DNA of 64,000 nt from Burkholderiales bacterium (GCA_038236905.1 JBBRZG010000001.1:13933-77932); one strand, 5' to 3'. Numbered from the stretch's first letter, positions 39,060-49,605 are shown. Numbers and translations: made by a program. The notes: generated by a model from the sequence alone, not told the origin.

Positions 39060-39331
39060 ACGTGTTGAAACAAGATATTGAGATCATCAATAAACTCGGC
39101 CTGCATGCGCGCGCCTCGGCAAAATTGACCCAAACCGCAGCGCAGTTTGAATCTGAAATTTTTGTTGCCAAAGCGGGTAAACGCGTGAATGCAAAATCGA
39201 TTATGGGCGTGATGATGTTGGCGGCAGGCAAAGGTTCCAAGCTGGAACTAGACGCAACCGGTGCAGATGAGGCCGAAGCAATGAATGCCGTGGTGGCCTT
39301 GATAAACGACAAATTTGGCGAAGGCGAGTAG
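39053..39331 (+). CDS. ptsH: Phosphocarrier protein HPr
   Basis: About 90 aa. His-15 context NKLGLHARASAKL and Ser-46 context GKRVNAKSIMGVM. Confidence 0.92.
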   Translation: MLDVLKQDIEIINKLGLHARASAKLTQTAAQFESEIFVAKAGKRVNAKSIMGVMMLAAGKGSKLELDATGADEAEAMNAVVALINDKFGEGE

Positions 39332-39427
39332 TGCAACCCGGCACCACCGGCAGGTTTAATATCTTCAGCACATAGCGGCCAAAAGCACATGAATTCACCT
39401 TTAAAAATGAAACTCATTGCCAGGCGG

Positions 39428-39459
39428 GCGCATCAAGGCAAAAATGCTTTGAGATGCGC
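39428..39459 (+). repeat. Related but more diverged hairpin in the ptsH-ptsI spacer
   Basis: GCGCATCAAGGC-AAAAAT-GCTTTGAGATGCGC. Same loop and inner-stem flavour as copies A and B, with a different outer stem. Confidence 0.4.
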
Positions 39460-39495
39460 TCCAATACTGGGCTCTATATTTTCAAGGTCAGCTAA

Positions 39496-41235
39496 GTGAG
39501 CTTCACCCTGCACGGCCTCGGTGTTTCTGGTGGCATCGCCATCGGCCACGCGCATCTTGTGACCAATGCGTCACTTGAAGTTGACCACTACCAGATTCCG
39601 GAAGAATTCATCGCGCGCGAAATCAAACGCTTTGAAAAAGCGGTCAAGCTGGTGCGCACCGAGCTGAACAACCTCGAAAAAGAAATCCAGACCACGCATA
39701 AAGGTGAGGCGTCTGGCGAGATGTCGGCGTTCGTGACGGTGCATCGAATGATGCTCGACGATCCGTCGCTGTCCGAAACACCGCGCGACGTCATTCGCCG
39801 CGAATCATGCAATGCTGAATGGGCTTTAAAGCTGCAGCTTGATGAACTGCTCGCGCAGTTTGCGGAGGTTCAGGACGAGTATTTACGCGAACGTAAAACC
39901 GATGTACGGCAGGTGGCCGAGCGTATTGTGGCGGCGCTGTCGGGGCAATCCAGCGATGTGCCTGAAAAATTACGTGAACGCGCTGAAGATACTATTTTGG
40001 TTGCGCATGATTTGTCGCCGGCCGACGTGATTTTGTTCAAGGCTCATCAAGTCGCTGCGTTTGTAACCGATGTGGGTGGCTCAACATCGCACACCGCGAT
40101 TCTGGCACGCAGTCTGGCGATTCCTGCGATTGTCGCCTTGCATACCGCGCGCGAGCTGGTGCGCGAGGATGAGGTCATCATTGTCGACGGCATGCAAGGC
40201 GTGGTGATTGTAGATCCCGATGAGATGGTGCTGGCCGAATATCGGCTGAAGCAAAATCAGTGGAAGCTTGAACGACAAAAATTGTCGCGCATTAAAACGG
40301 CGGCTGCTGAAACGCTGGACGGCACTGTGGTTGAGCTGTTCGCGAACATCGAATTACCATCTGATCTTGATGCCGTCAAACAATCAGGTGCGACCGGGAT
40401 CGGGCTGTTTCGAACCGAATTTTTGTTCATGAATCGCAAAGGCTCACCCACCGAGGAAGAGCAATTTGAGGCTTACAAAGCCGTTGCTGAGGGTATGCGC
40501 GGCAAGCCGGTGGTGATTCGTACGCTCGACATCGGTGCCGACAAATCGCTCGGCGGGCCAGATCAGCCGAGCGCGCATTCCGCGCTGGGGCTGCGGGCGA
40601 TTCGTTATTGCCTGAGCGAGCCGCAATTGTTCAATACCCAGCTGCGGGCGATTTTACGGGCTTCACGGTTTGGTGATGTGCGCCTGCTGATTCCAATGCT
40701 GGTTTCGGTCACCGAGCTCAAGCAAACCATCGCCGCGCTAGATGTCGCCAAAGAGCAACTACGCACCGAAGGTAAAAAATTCAACGACAAAATTCAAGTC
40801 GGCGGCATGATCGAAATCCCGGCGGCGGCGATCGCACTGCCGATGTTTTTGAAGACGCTCGATTTCGTGTCAATCGGCACCAATGACCTGATTCAATACA
40901 CGCTGGCGATTGATCGCACTGACGACACCGTGGCGCATTTGTATGACCCGCTTCATCCTGCCATCTTGATGCTGATTTCGAGTGTGATTCGTCAGGCAAA
41001 TGCGGCGGGCGTGCCCGTCACGGTTTGCGGCGAAATGGCTGGAGACGTAGACTTGACAAGGCTCTTGCTCGGGTTTGGCCTGCGCGAATTTTCCATGCAT
41101 CCGGCCAATGTATTGACGGTAAAGCAGCGCGTGCTGATGTCCAATTTGCCCGATATTGAGCCCGCCGCTGCAAAACTACTCAAAGCGGACGATCCCGATA
41201 AAATGCTCGCGATGCTGGCGCGAATGAACGCCTGA
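39496..41235 (+). CDS. ptsI: Phosphoenolpyruvate-protein phosphotransferase (PTS Enzyme I)
   Basis: 579 aa with GTG start. Active-site His context GGSTSHTAILARSLAIPA. PEP-binding IGTNDLIQYTLA and CGEMAG. Confidence 0.93.
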   Translation: MSFTLHGLGVSGGIAIGHAHLVTNASLEVDHYQIPEEFIAREIKRFEKAVKLVRTELNNLEKEIQTTHKGEASGEMSAFVTVHRMMLDDPSLSETPRDVIRRESCNAEWALKLQLDELLAQFAEVQDEYLRERKTDVRQVAERIVAALSGQSSDVPEKLRERAEDTILVAHDLSPADVILFKAHQVAAFVTDVGGSTSHTAILARSLAIPAIVALHTARELVREDEVIIVDGMQGVVIVDPDEMVLAEYRLKQNQWKLERQKLSRIKTAAAETLDGTVVELFANIELPSDLDAVKQSGATGIGLFRTEFLFMNRKGSPTEEEQFEAYKAVAEGMRGKPVVIRTLDIGADKSLGGPDQPSAHSALGLRAIRYCLSEPQLFNTQLRAILRASRFGDVRLLIPMLVSVTELKQTIAALDVAKEQLRTEGKKFNDKIQVGGMIEIPAAAIALPMFLKTLDFVSIGTNDLIQYTLAIDRTDDTVAHLYDPLHPAILMLISSVIRQANAAGVPVTVCGEMAGDVDLTRLLLGFGLREFSMHPANVLTVKQRVLMSNLPDIEPAAAKLLKADDPDKMLAMLARMNA

Positions 41236-41268
41236 ATGCGCAACACTGAACCGACGGAAACACCGTAA

Positions 41269-41634
41269 ATGCTGAGTGAAGTTACCAATCTTACGCAATA
41301 CGATGCGGGCAGCTACCGGCGCTGGTTCCACGATGATTTTTTTGATCTTTACGTTTGGGAAAATTTTGCAGGTGAGGTGCAGGGCTTTCAGCTTTGCTAC
41401 GCAAAAGCCGACCAGCAACGCGCACTCCGGTGGTCGTTAGATCGCGGCTACAACCACGAAGGCGTGGATTCACCGGAGGACAAACCCGGTAGGGCAATGA
41501 GCGCCATTTTTGTGGCAGATGGGGTATTTGATCCCGATGGTATTGGTGAAAAGTTCGCGCGGGAATCGACACCACTGCCGCTGAGCTTGCGTAACTTTGT
41601 CCTCGAAAAAATCAAGGCCTACCCGGCGACTTAG
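41269..41634 (+). CDS. Hypothetical protein
   Basis: 121 aa ORF with good coding appearance, ended by a strong bidirectional terminator. I recognise no family. Confidence 0.5.
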   Translation: MLSEVTNLTQYDAGSYRRWFHDDFFDLYVWENFAGEVQGFQLCYAKADQQRALRWSLDRGYNHEGVDSPEDKPGRAMSAIFVADGVFDPDGIGEKFARESTPLPLSLRNFVLEKIKAYPAT

Positions 41635-41675
41635 TCAACCAGAAAACTCGCTACTTAGCTTTCCCAGTGCACAAT

Positions 41676-41703
41676 AAAAAACCCTGCGATTTGCAGGGTT
41701 TTT
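41676..41703. terminator. Bidirectional intrinsic terminator
   Basis: AAAAAACCCTGC-gattt-GCAGGGTTTTT between convergent genes 41269..41634 (+) and 41719..42603 (-). Confidence 0.8.
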
Positions 41704-41718
41704 AGTGCGCGCAGAAGA

Positions 41719-42603
41719 TTATTTACTCGCGATTTTATCTACTGCCGCCGCGCGATCTGACGGATCCGGATGGGTCGAGAGGAAACTAGTGCCACGTGAT
41801 CCGGAGCCCTTGGCTAATTTAAGCAGCGCGCTCGACGCGGCTTTCGATGGGATTTTGTTCTTTTTCATGAACGCGACTGAATACGCGTCCGCATCCGATT
41901 CTTGACCACGCGAGTGGGCCGAGGTGAGCACCTTCTGGAACAGACCCTTCAACTGATCTCCGCCTAAGCCCATTACCGTCGCGCCGGTTTTATTACTTCC
42001 CACCGCTGCCGCTCCGGTCTTCACGATTGCCGAGGATTGATAACCATTTTTGATCGACGCCATGCTATGCCCCAGCTTGACATGGGCTACCTCGTGGCCG
42101 ATAACGAAACGAAGTTCATCATCGTTCATTAAATCCATCAAGCCCGAGTAAACACGAACCGTCCCGTCCGCCATGGCGAAGGCATTTACGGTATCAGACA
42201 TGTAAACCTTGAAATCAAGCTTCATACCGTCGTAATTCGCGAGACTCCGGGTCAATTTAATCAGGCGTTTTGAATACACGCTATTGGCGGCAGCTAGTTT
42301 ATTTTCGCCATCGGATTGTTTAGCGAACGCCGATGCCATCTTTTTAACATCGTCGTCAGTAATGTTGGCTGCTTTGCCAAGATCCGCCGCGGCACTCAGC
42401 AAATTGCCTGATTTATCGACACTGCCGCCTATGCCAGGCACGCTGCTTGCCAAGCCTCCCAGAGCGCCTAATGCATTGGTCATCCCCGCCGGGGCGGACG
42501 ATGACTTGTTATCCGCGGTACCCGAGCCTACGGAAGGCAGGGTCTGGCAACCCGATAGCAACACGACAAGCAATGCGGACACAGCAACGGATAGTTTCAT
42601 CAT
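41719..42603 (-). CDS. M48-family zinc metalloprotease lipoprotein
   Basis: Lipobox LLSGC and HExxH motif IGHEVAHVKLGH. Confidence 0.8.
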   Translation of the reverse strand: MMKLSVAVSALLVVLLSGCQTLPSVGSGTADNKSSSAPAGMTNALGALGGLASSVPGIGGSVDKSGNLLSAAADLGKAANITDDDVKKMASAFAKQSDGENKLAAANSVYSKRLIKLTRSLANYDGMKLDFKVYMSDTVNAFAMADGTVRVYSGLMDLMNDDELRFVIGHEVAHVKLGHSMASIKNGYQSSAIVKTGAAAVGSNKTGATVMGLGGDQLKGLFQKVLTSAHSRGQESDADAYSVAFMKKNKIPSKAASSALLKLAKGSGSRGTSFLSTHPDPSDRAAAVDKIASK

Positions 42604-42841
42604 TAGTTCCCCTGATAAATATTCAATTCGGATTTACGTTTAAATGCAGCTTGATTGCTAAGCTGAGCGGAAGTATGAACTCCGGTACAACATCAGACGT
42701 TAACAAATTTTTGCCCACATCACCTAGCAATTTATTTGCGTTTGAGTGTGTTGTTCATCACAACCACGAAAAAGTTTTTCCGAGATAATGTGAACATGTG
42801 TAAAAAGTAGTGCCTTCACGAAAGGTCAATAAGGTCCCAAT

Positions 42842-43414
42842 ATGTCGACGATGATCCGATTCAGCATCACCTCCTTGTTATTCACAATCTTGCTCGCGTT
42901 GGGCTCAACGCTAAGTTATGCCGACGAGCGTACAACCACGAATCGCCAGACTGATTTGCGTGACGCACCGAACATCAGCGCAGCACGGCTTACCTCATTA
43001 CTGGTCGACGCCGAGGTTGTGGTGGTGGCTCGTCAGTCGGGGTGGGTCCGCATTAAAGCAGGTGGCCGCGAGGGCTGGATTCCAGCGGCACACATCAAGT
43101 CTCAGGTCACTGTTGTGGAGGCCGCCCCCAAAGCAACCGGTGGTTTCTTGAGCTGGTTTACGGCGGTATTAAGTTCAGAACGCTCACGCGTGAGCACGGG
43201 TAGCAGCGCTGCAAACCGCACCCGTACCGCGACGATCGGCATTCGCGGTTTGGGCGAAGACGGTGCCAACGCGGCGAAATCAAACTCGGAGGAACTACAA
43301 AAGCTGAAGCTATATTCGGTATCTAGAAGCGACGCAGAAGAATTCGCGCAGAATGCAAAATTAGCTCAAACTAGCGTGACCTATGTGGATGCGGGAAGCA
43401 ATTCGAATAAATGA
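42842..43414 (+). CDS. Secreted bacterial SH3-domain protein
   Basis: Signal peptide and SH3b-like segment VVVVARQSGWVRIKAGGREGWIPAAHI. Confidence 0.6.
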   Translation: MSTMIRFSITSLLFTILLALGSTLSYADERTTTNRQTDLRDAPNISAARLTSLLVDAEVVVVARQSGWVRIKAGGREGWIPAAHIKSQVTVVEAAPKATGGFLSWFTAVLSSERSRVSTGSSAANRTRTATIGIRGLGEDGANAAKSNSEELQKLKLYSVSRSDAEEFAQNAKLAQTSVTYVDAGSNSNK

Positions 43415-43438
43415 AGTGGTATGAACGAAGTGGCATAA

Positions 43439-44242
43439 ATGACGACGCATAAGCGCTGGCAGCACAATCGGCATCATCACGAGTTACAAGATCGCAGCGT
43501 GACCCTGATGAGGCTAATCGCCGCCTGTTTGTGGGCGTTTCTATTCGTTTGCGTCGGCTATTTTGCACTTTCAAATGCCAGCGCCGCTGAAATAAACGAA
43601 GCGCGCGAAATTGAAATCGGTGATGAGCTTGCGGTGACGCTACTCGCCGGTGGCAAGCTGCTTAATAACGACCGCGCACAAGAATACGTCAATCAGGTGG
43701 GTCGCTGGCTCACTACTGTTACAGAGCGCCCAGACCTGCCGTGGCAATTTGGCATCATGGATCGCGCCGAAATCGGCTCCTATCCGCTTCCTGGCGGCAA
43801 GGTGCTTGTCACCCGCGGCATGCTCAAAAAACTTAGCAATGAAGCGGAATTGGCTGGTGTATTGGCGCATGAGATTGCGCATATCGTGCAGCGTCACCAG
43901 CTGAAAACCATGGCAGCCGAAGGTGGGCAGGAAAAATTAGGGGCGATCAATTTTCCGCTTGATCGTGCCGTGGAATTTGAAGCTGATCGGATGGCCGCGG
44001 TCATCATGGCGCGCGCAGGTTACGACGCAAATGCGTATTTGAATGTGCTGCGAAACCTGCAGAATGATCGTTCGAACGATCAAGGGTTATCAATGCTGAC
44101 CGCCGTGCATCCGGCATTCAAAGACCGAATTGCGGAGCTGCAGCCGGTTGTCAGCAATATTGCCGGTGCCGCAAAAGGAGATAAAGGCCGTGAACGGTTT
44201 GCCGCGGCATTGGGAAATTTGAGCGGGATGAGTCGTAAGTAG
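43439..44242 (+). CDS. M48-family zinc metalloprotease
   Basis: HExxH motif LAHEIAHIVQRH and a downstream EFEADR. The start may be the internal ATG at 43508 (MRLIAACLW signal peptide). Confidence 0.8.
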   Translation: MTTHKRWQHNRHHHELQDRSVTLMRLIAACLWAFLFVCVGYFALSNASAAEINEAREIEIGDELAVTLLAGGKLLNNDRAQEYVNQVGRWLTTVTERPDLPWQFGIMDRAEIGSYPLPGGKVLVTRGMLKKLSNEAELAGVLAHEIAHIVQRHQLKTMAAEGGQEKLGAINFPLDRAVEFEADRMAAVIMARAGYDANAYLNVLRNLQNDRSNDQGLSMLTAVHPAFKDRIAELQPVVSNIAGAAKGDKGRERFAAALGNLSGMSRK

Positions 44243-44265
44243 AGACACTCGCGACTCGTATGCCG

Positions 44266-45051
44266 TCAGCGCTTTGGCGGCGATCCCGCGCGTAAATTAA
44301 TCTCATCGGCAATCCTCCATTCGCCCGCCTCGCGAGTGAGGATAAGTGTTTTTGGTGCACGCACTTCGCGATACCTGTCTGCTTCGTAGGTTTGCGCGAA
44401 TCGCGCAATGGCGCGATTGTGCCCAAGCATTTCGACACCCAGATCGTCAATCGTTACCAATATGTGCTGCTTGCCTAGAATCCGGTCACGACGCTTTTCC
44501 TGCCACGCATCGCGCGCAATATTATCTGGCGGAATGAAGTCTTTGGCATAAAAACCAAGGTATCGCTCAATATCGCGCGCAGACCATGCCGCCGCCCATT
44601 GGGAGATCGCCGCCGCCGCCAGCGCGCGCTCACCAGCCGACGCCGATGCGGGCGTAGTTTGCGCTGCAGATTCGGCGGCGTAGCTAATCGGCTTTGGTGA
44701 CAAGGACCCGGTATTCGGCGCCTCCAACGCGATTGCACTAACGTGTCTATAGTCGGCCATCCATGCGCAAATAACCACTGCTATGGTGCACAGCGCACCG
44801 ACGATGAGTATGGGCGTCTTTAGCTGTGTCGTTTCTGGCGATGACCGATAAGTCTGTGGTGCACCCGCGTGGTTGGAGATTGCGGCTGTTGGATTAACCG
44901 CTATGACCGCGTTTGCCAGAAAGCGCGGTTCATTCATTGCGCGCGCCGCGCATTCGCGAATCGTGGGCGAGAGCTTTTCAACCTGAATTGTCTTGTCTAG
45001 CTGCCATAGGCTGCCAAATTTGCCCACTGCATTCTCGATTGTTGCCATCAT
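44266..45051 (-). CDS. Membrane-anchored protein with C-terminal NTF2/SnoaL-like domain
   Basis: 261 aa. Central TM helix ILIVGALCTIAVVICAWMA. The C-terminal part (ISQWAAAWSARDIERYLGFYAKDF...) resembles NTF2-like folds. Weak assignment. Confidence 0.45.
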   Translation of the reverse strand: MMATIENAVGKFGSLWQLDKTIQVEKLSPTIRECAARAMNEPRFLANAVIAVNPTAAISNHAGAPQTYRSSPETTQLKTPILIVGALCTIAVVICAWMADYRHVSAIALEAPNTGSLSPKPISYAAESAAQTTPASASAGERALAAAAISQWAAAWSARDIERYLGFYAKDFIPPDNIARDAWQEKRRDRILGKQHILVTIDDLGVEMLGHNRAIARFAQTYEADRYREVRAPKTLILTREAGEWRIADEINLRAGSPPKR

Positions 45052-45458
45052 TGCCCTCCCATCTATGCTATTTACCGCATCTTAAGTTGTAAATTAACGG
45101 CGGTCTGTGAGGTTCCACACAAAATCTGAACTGCGTCGCAGAAAAGCATCGTGCAGCCTGCCCGCGCTATCCATTTTTTTTATACGAACTCGCCGTGGTT
45201 TTGACAAAGCTAATCGTTGCTTCACTCACCAAACAGCAAGCCCTCAAATACGCGCTTGCTTCAACCCGCATGATTAACGAACCGCTGTTCTAGGGCAAAG
45301 TGCTTGAAACAAGTCGCCAACAGTGGCTTACTGAATGCAAACACTCAACCAGATTGATTTAGAATTATCAGCCAAACGCGCTTTACCACTCCATATAAAA
45401 CCGATACCCGCATCATGAAGGTTGGCCCGCTTAGCATCCCTTCTCAAGGAAACTCAAT

Positions 45459-48011
45459 ATGCCGTCTGCAAATTTCCCCGCTGTTCGCTTGGCAATATCA
45501 TCAATTGTTGCGCTCACTGCGGCCACAATGAATCCGGCGGTACTGGCGCAGGACGTCAGCAGCTACAAAACGCCACCGGCTCCATTGCAAGCGATAGTTG
45601 ATCAGCTTCGCGCACCGACCATTAACCTAAGCCCCCGTCGCGATCTGATCGCCATGGTCAAGACCCCCGCGCTACCGGGTATTCGTGAGGTGGCCCAACC
45701 TGAGTTGAAGCTCGCCGGGTTGCGTATCAATCCGCGCACCTACAGCCAAAGTCGGTTTTCATTTGGAGAAGATTTGTGGCTGCTCAACATCGAAACCCGC
45801 CAAGAAATTCGTCTCACTGGATTGCCGCAAAATTTGCAGCTCGCTGACCTCGCGTGGGCGCCCGACCAGCGCTCGCTTGCATTCACGCACATTACCGCGC
45901 CGTCCGCGACGCAGACAGCAGCGTCGGGTGCGGTCGAATTATGGGTTGTCGATATTGCGCGTAAGTCTGCACGAAAAATCTCCACCACACCGCTAAACAC
46001 GGTCTACGGACGCGGCTTCGCGTGGATGCCGGATAGCAAATCCCTACTGGTGCGTTTGCGACCCGGCAATCAGGCCTCTGCGCCGTCATCTTCCGCCGTG
46101 GCAAATATACCGATTGGGCCGAATAGCCAGGATGCGCGACCTGATGGCGGTCAACGCCAAGTGGTCACACTGCAGGATTTGTTAAAAAACGAAACTGATG
46201 CGAAAGTATTCGACCACTACACGCTGGTGCAAGCTGCCATCATCGAACTTGGCGGTAAAACCGTTTTGATCGGGGCACCTGATCGATTTTTGGGTTTAAT
46301 CGCATCGCCTAGCGGCAAGCTGCTACTCACCCAGGCGACTGATCGACCCTACTCTTATGTCGTCTCGTCACAATCATTTCCCCGGCGCATTGAAGTGCGT
46401 GATCTGTCGGGCATCGTCCTGCACACCGTCGCCAAACTACCGCTTTAGGAAGGTTTGCCTCCCGGGAACGACGCCGTGCGCAAAGGTGTGCGCGATATTA
46501 GCTGGCGCGCAGACGCGCCCGCCACGCTGGTGTGGGCCGAAGCGCAAGATGGCGGCGATCCAGCCAAGATCGAGCCAATTCGTGATCTCGTATTCATGCA
46601 CGCGTCACCATTTACAGACAAGCCGCGTGAGCTCATGCATCTTTCCAGCCGCTATCAAGGTGCGCTCTGGGCGCGCGTTGACTTGGCGATGATTTCTGAA
46701 TATTGGTGGAAAACCCGTGCCGTCAAAACATGGAGAATTTCGCCCGATGGATCTTCCGCACCTGATCTCGTGGCAAGCTATTCAAGCGAAGATCGCTATA
46801 ACGACCCCGGTAGACCACAAACGCGCATGGACGATGCGGGTAATCAGCGATTATTAATCGCAGGCACTGATGGAAATGGTATCGGGAACAATCGCCGCGA
46901 AGACGCTATTTTTCTGGACGGTGTGGGTGCCTCGGCAGAAGGCGATCGGCCATTTGTTGACCGTTTGAGTCTCGCCACAAAAAAGAAAGAGCGTCTGTTT
47001 CAATCGAGCGCGCCGAAGTATGAAGCCGTTATTGAAATGTTGGATAACAACGGAACCCGACTCCTCACCAGCCGTGAATCGCCCACCGAGCGCGCCAACT
47101 TTTACGTCCGCGATTTGAGCAAACCCAAAGACGCCCAACTCACGCAACTGACTCAGTTTCCACATCCGACGCCGCAGCTAGCGAGCGTCGAGAAAGAGCA
47201 AATACGCTATAAGCGCGCGGATGGTGTTGATCTCACGGCGACACTTTATCTTCCCCCCAATTACGAGGTCAAACGCGATGGTCCTTTGCCGATGCTAATG
47301 TGGGCATATCCGCAAGAATTCACCACGGCGAGTGCCGCCAGCCAAGTGACGTCATCGCCATATCGCTTCAACAATATTAGTTATTGGGGCCCGCAGGCAT
47401 TGCTCGCGATGGGCTACGCAGTGCTCGATAATCCTTCCATGCCGATCGTGGGTGAAAACGGCAAAGAAGCAAACGATACTTATCTGCCACAACTGATCGC
47501 CAGCGCAGAAGCCGCCATTAACGAGGTCGTGCGACGTGGCGTAGCTGACCGAGACCGTATCGCTATTGGTGGCCATTCATACGGCGCATTTATGACCGGA
47601 AACCTGCTCGCGCATACGCGTCTGTTCCGTGCAGGTATTGCGCGATCTGGCGCTTACAACCGCACCTTGACTCCGTTTGGTTTCCAAGCTGAGGAGCGAC
47701 CTTTCTGGAAAGCTCAGACCGTCTATAACGCGATGTCGCCATTCAACTATGCCGACAAAATTAAGGATCCATTACTACTGATCCATGGCGAACAAGACAA
47801 TAACGCAGGCACCTTCCCGATCCAGAGCGAGCGTTTATTTCAAGCTATCAAAGGCCTTGGCGGCACTGCACGACTGGTGATGCTTCCCAACGAAAGTCAT
47901 GGCTATCGCGCACGCGAATCGATTTCGCACATGCTCTACGAAATGAATTTATGGATGGAAAAATATGTGAAGAACCCGCAACCGCGCAGCGGCACCACCG
48001 AACCAAAATAA
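45459..48011 (+). pseudogene. S9-family (prolyl oligopeptidase/dipeptidyl peptidase-like) serine peptidase interrupted by an in-frame TAG at 46446..46448
   Basis: ORFs 45459..46448 and 46455..48011 share one frame (...AKLPL*EGLPPGNDAVRKG...). The N-terminal part has a signal peptide and is propeller-like. The C-terminal part carries the catalytic residues GGHSYGAFM, HGEQDNNAG and NESHGY. Confidence 0.7.
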
Positions 48012-48034
48012 CCGTATCCCCATTTGGCGTGTCG

Positions 48035-48925
48035 CTATTTTTTTGCGGATTGCCCCACGATCACAAAGGCAATGCCGCCCAGAATAGCCACTGACGCAAT
48101 CACCAAACGAGTCGTGGCCGTTTCACCTAAAAATATAATGCCCCCCACCGCCGCGATTACCGGCACGCTGAGCTGTACCGATGCAGCGGTGGTCGCAGCC
48201 AAGCCGCGCAGCGCCGTGTACCATATAGCGTAACCCACGCCGGAGGCAATCGCGCCGGAGGCAACCGCATATACGGCACCCCCGATATCAACCGAAATCG
48301 TTTGTGGCGCAAATAAGGCGGCACCAACACTGAGCACGATCGTGATTGCGCCCGCACGCAGGAAATTTCCGGCGGTGACGGCAGTCGCATCACCGGTGCC
48401 GCCTCGCTTCCCTCGTAGCGAATAGAGACCCCACGCAAACCCTGCGGACAGCATCAGACCCGAACCCAGCAGCGGCGGCGCGGCCAAGCCGGGCAGCAGC
48501 AGACCTGTCACTCCGGCAAACGCACATAGAAGTCCTGCGGCCTGCGTTAAGGTCAAGCGCTCTCCACCAAATATGCCCGCGCCTATCATCGTGAACTGCA
48601 CGGCTCCGAACAGCAGCAGCGCGCCTGTGGCCGCGGTCAAACTGCTATAGGCATATGAGAAAAAAGCAGCGTAAACAAAAAGTGCCGCAGCCGACATCCA
48701 GTTACCCTCGGTCGCAACCGACACAGGCGCAAATTGAGCTTCTCCGACGCGTCCACGCAGCCGCAGAAGCAGCGCCAACGTCAAGGCCCCCGCGAGGATG
48801 CGAATCGACGTAAAGCTGGCTGGATCAATGCTGGTTTGTTTGAGTGCTGCGCGGCACAGCAGTGAATTACCGGCAAACGCAATCATCGCCAGCAATGTGA
48901 ATAGCCATGTTTGCGAACGCGTCAT
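48035..48925 (-). CDS. EamA/DMT-family transporter
   Basis: 296 aa with about 10 TM helices in a duplicated 5-TM pattern. Confidence 0.8.
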   Translation of the reverse strand: MTRSQTWLFTLLAMIAFAGNSLLCRAALKQTSIDPASFTSIRILAGALTLALLLRLRGRVGEAQFAPVSVATEGNWMSAAALFVYAAFFSYAYSSLTAATGALLLFGAVQFTMIGAGIFGGERLTLTQAAGLLCAFAGVTGLLLPGLAAPPLLGSGLMLSAGFAWGLYSLRGKRGGTGDATAVTAGNFLRAGAITIVLSVGAALFAPQTISVDIGGAVYAVASGAIASGVGYAIWYTALRGLAATTAASVQLSVPVIAAVGGIIFLGETATTRLVIASVAILGGIAFVIVGQSAKK

Positions 48926-48958
48926 TGAAAATATGGGCGGTGGTATTTCAAAAAAATA

Positions 48959-49492
48959 TCAATCCCACGCCTGCTTCACTAACAACGCTGCGTTTCTCGA
49001 TACTGAGCGGTTGTATCGCGTCAAATGAGACGATAGCGCGCTTAATGCCAAACCTGCCGCTTCAACCGCCCGCCCCTGCGCGACAAAAGTGAGCGCAAGT
49101 ATCGCCCGCGCTTCATCATGCAACGCGCGTGGATTTCCCGGTTCCAGATGCCGGTCAAGCTCGGCCGTCAGCAGCTGTTCACTTTCTGCCAGCTGCCCTA
49201 CAATTCGCAGCGTGCTTGCGAGCTGAATCGAGGCGCGCGAACGTCGATACGAGTCTAGTCCCGGCAGCGCTAACGCAGCCCGATAATATTTCTCGGCCTC
49301 CGCCTCAAGGCCGACCCGATCTCGTGCCGAAGCGCGCTCAAACAGCGCGGCTGCATCTTCGACGCCATCACTATCGGCACGTACAGCGGCAAGTGTATCG
49401 ATGGCTGCGACCAAATCAATTTCTTGTGATGCGTCTGCGATTTCCCAAACCGCTGCAATCCGATTTTCCCAATTGTCATTAATATTTTCCAT
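48959..49492 (-). CDS. Tetratricopeptide-repeat protein
   Basis: 177 aa, helical, with Ala/Leu-rich TPR-like repeats (AEKYYRAALAL...). Confidence 0.55.
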   Translation of the reverse strand: MENINDNWENRIAAVWEIADASQEIDLVAAIDTLAAVRADSDGVEDAAALFERASARDRVGLEAEAEKYYRAALALPGLDSYRRSRASIQLASTLRIVGQLAESEQLLTAELDRHLEPGNPRALHDEARAILALTFVAQGRAVEAAGLALSALSSHLTRYNRSVSRNAALLVKQAWD

Positions 49493-49605
49493 TCGGTCAT
49501 TTTAGTGGCAATCCCGACACAACTGCCGCAATGATCGCGCGTTCAGCGCTGCCCCAATTAGGTAAACTGGGCTGACAATCACCCGCCATTAGAAAGACCG
49601 CAAAA

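Noticed and set aside
8108-46448. Stop-codon reassignment or programmed read-through as the explanation for the two in-frame stops.
   Set aside because: The two stops are different codons (TAA and TAG). TAA clearly terminates mreB (654..656) and mreC (1851..1853). I see no downstream read-through or SECIS-like structure. Mutation or assembly error is simpler.
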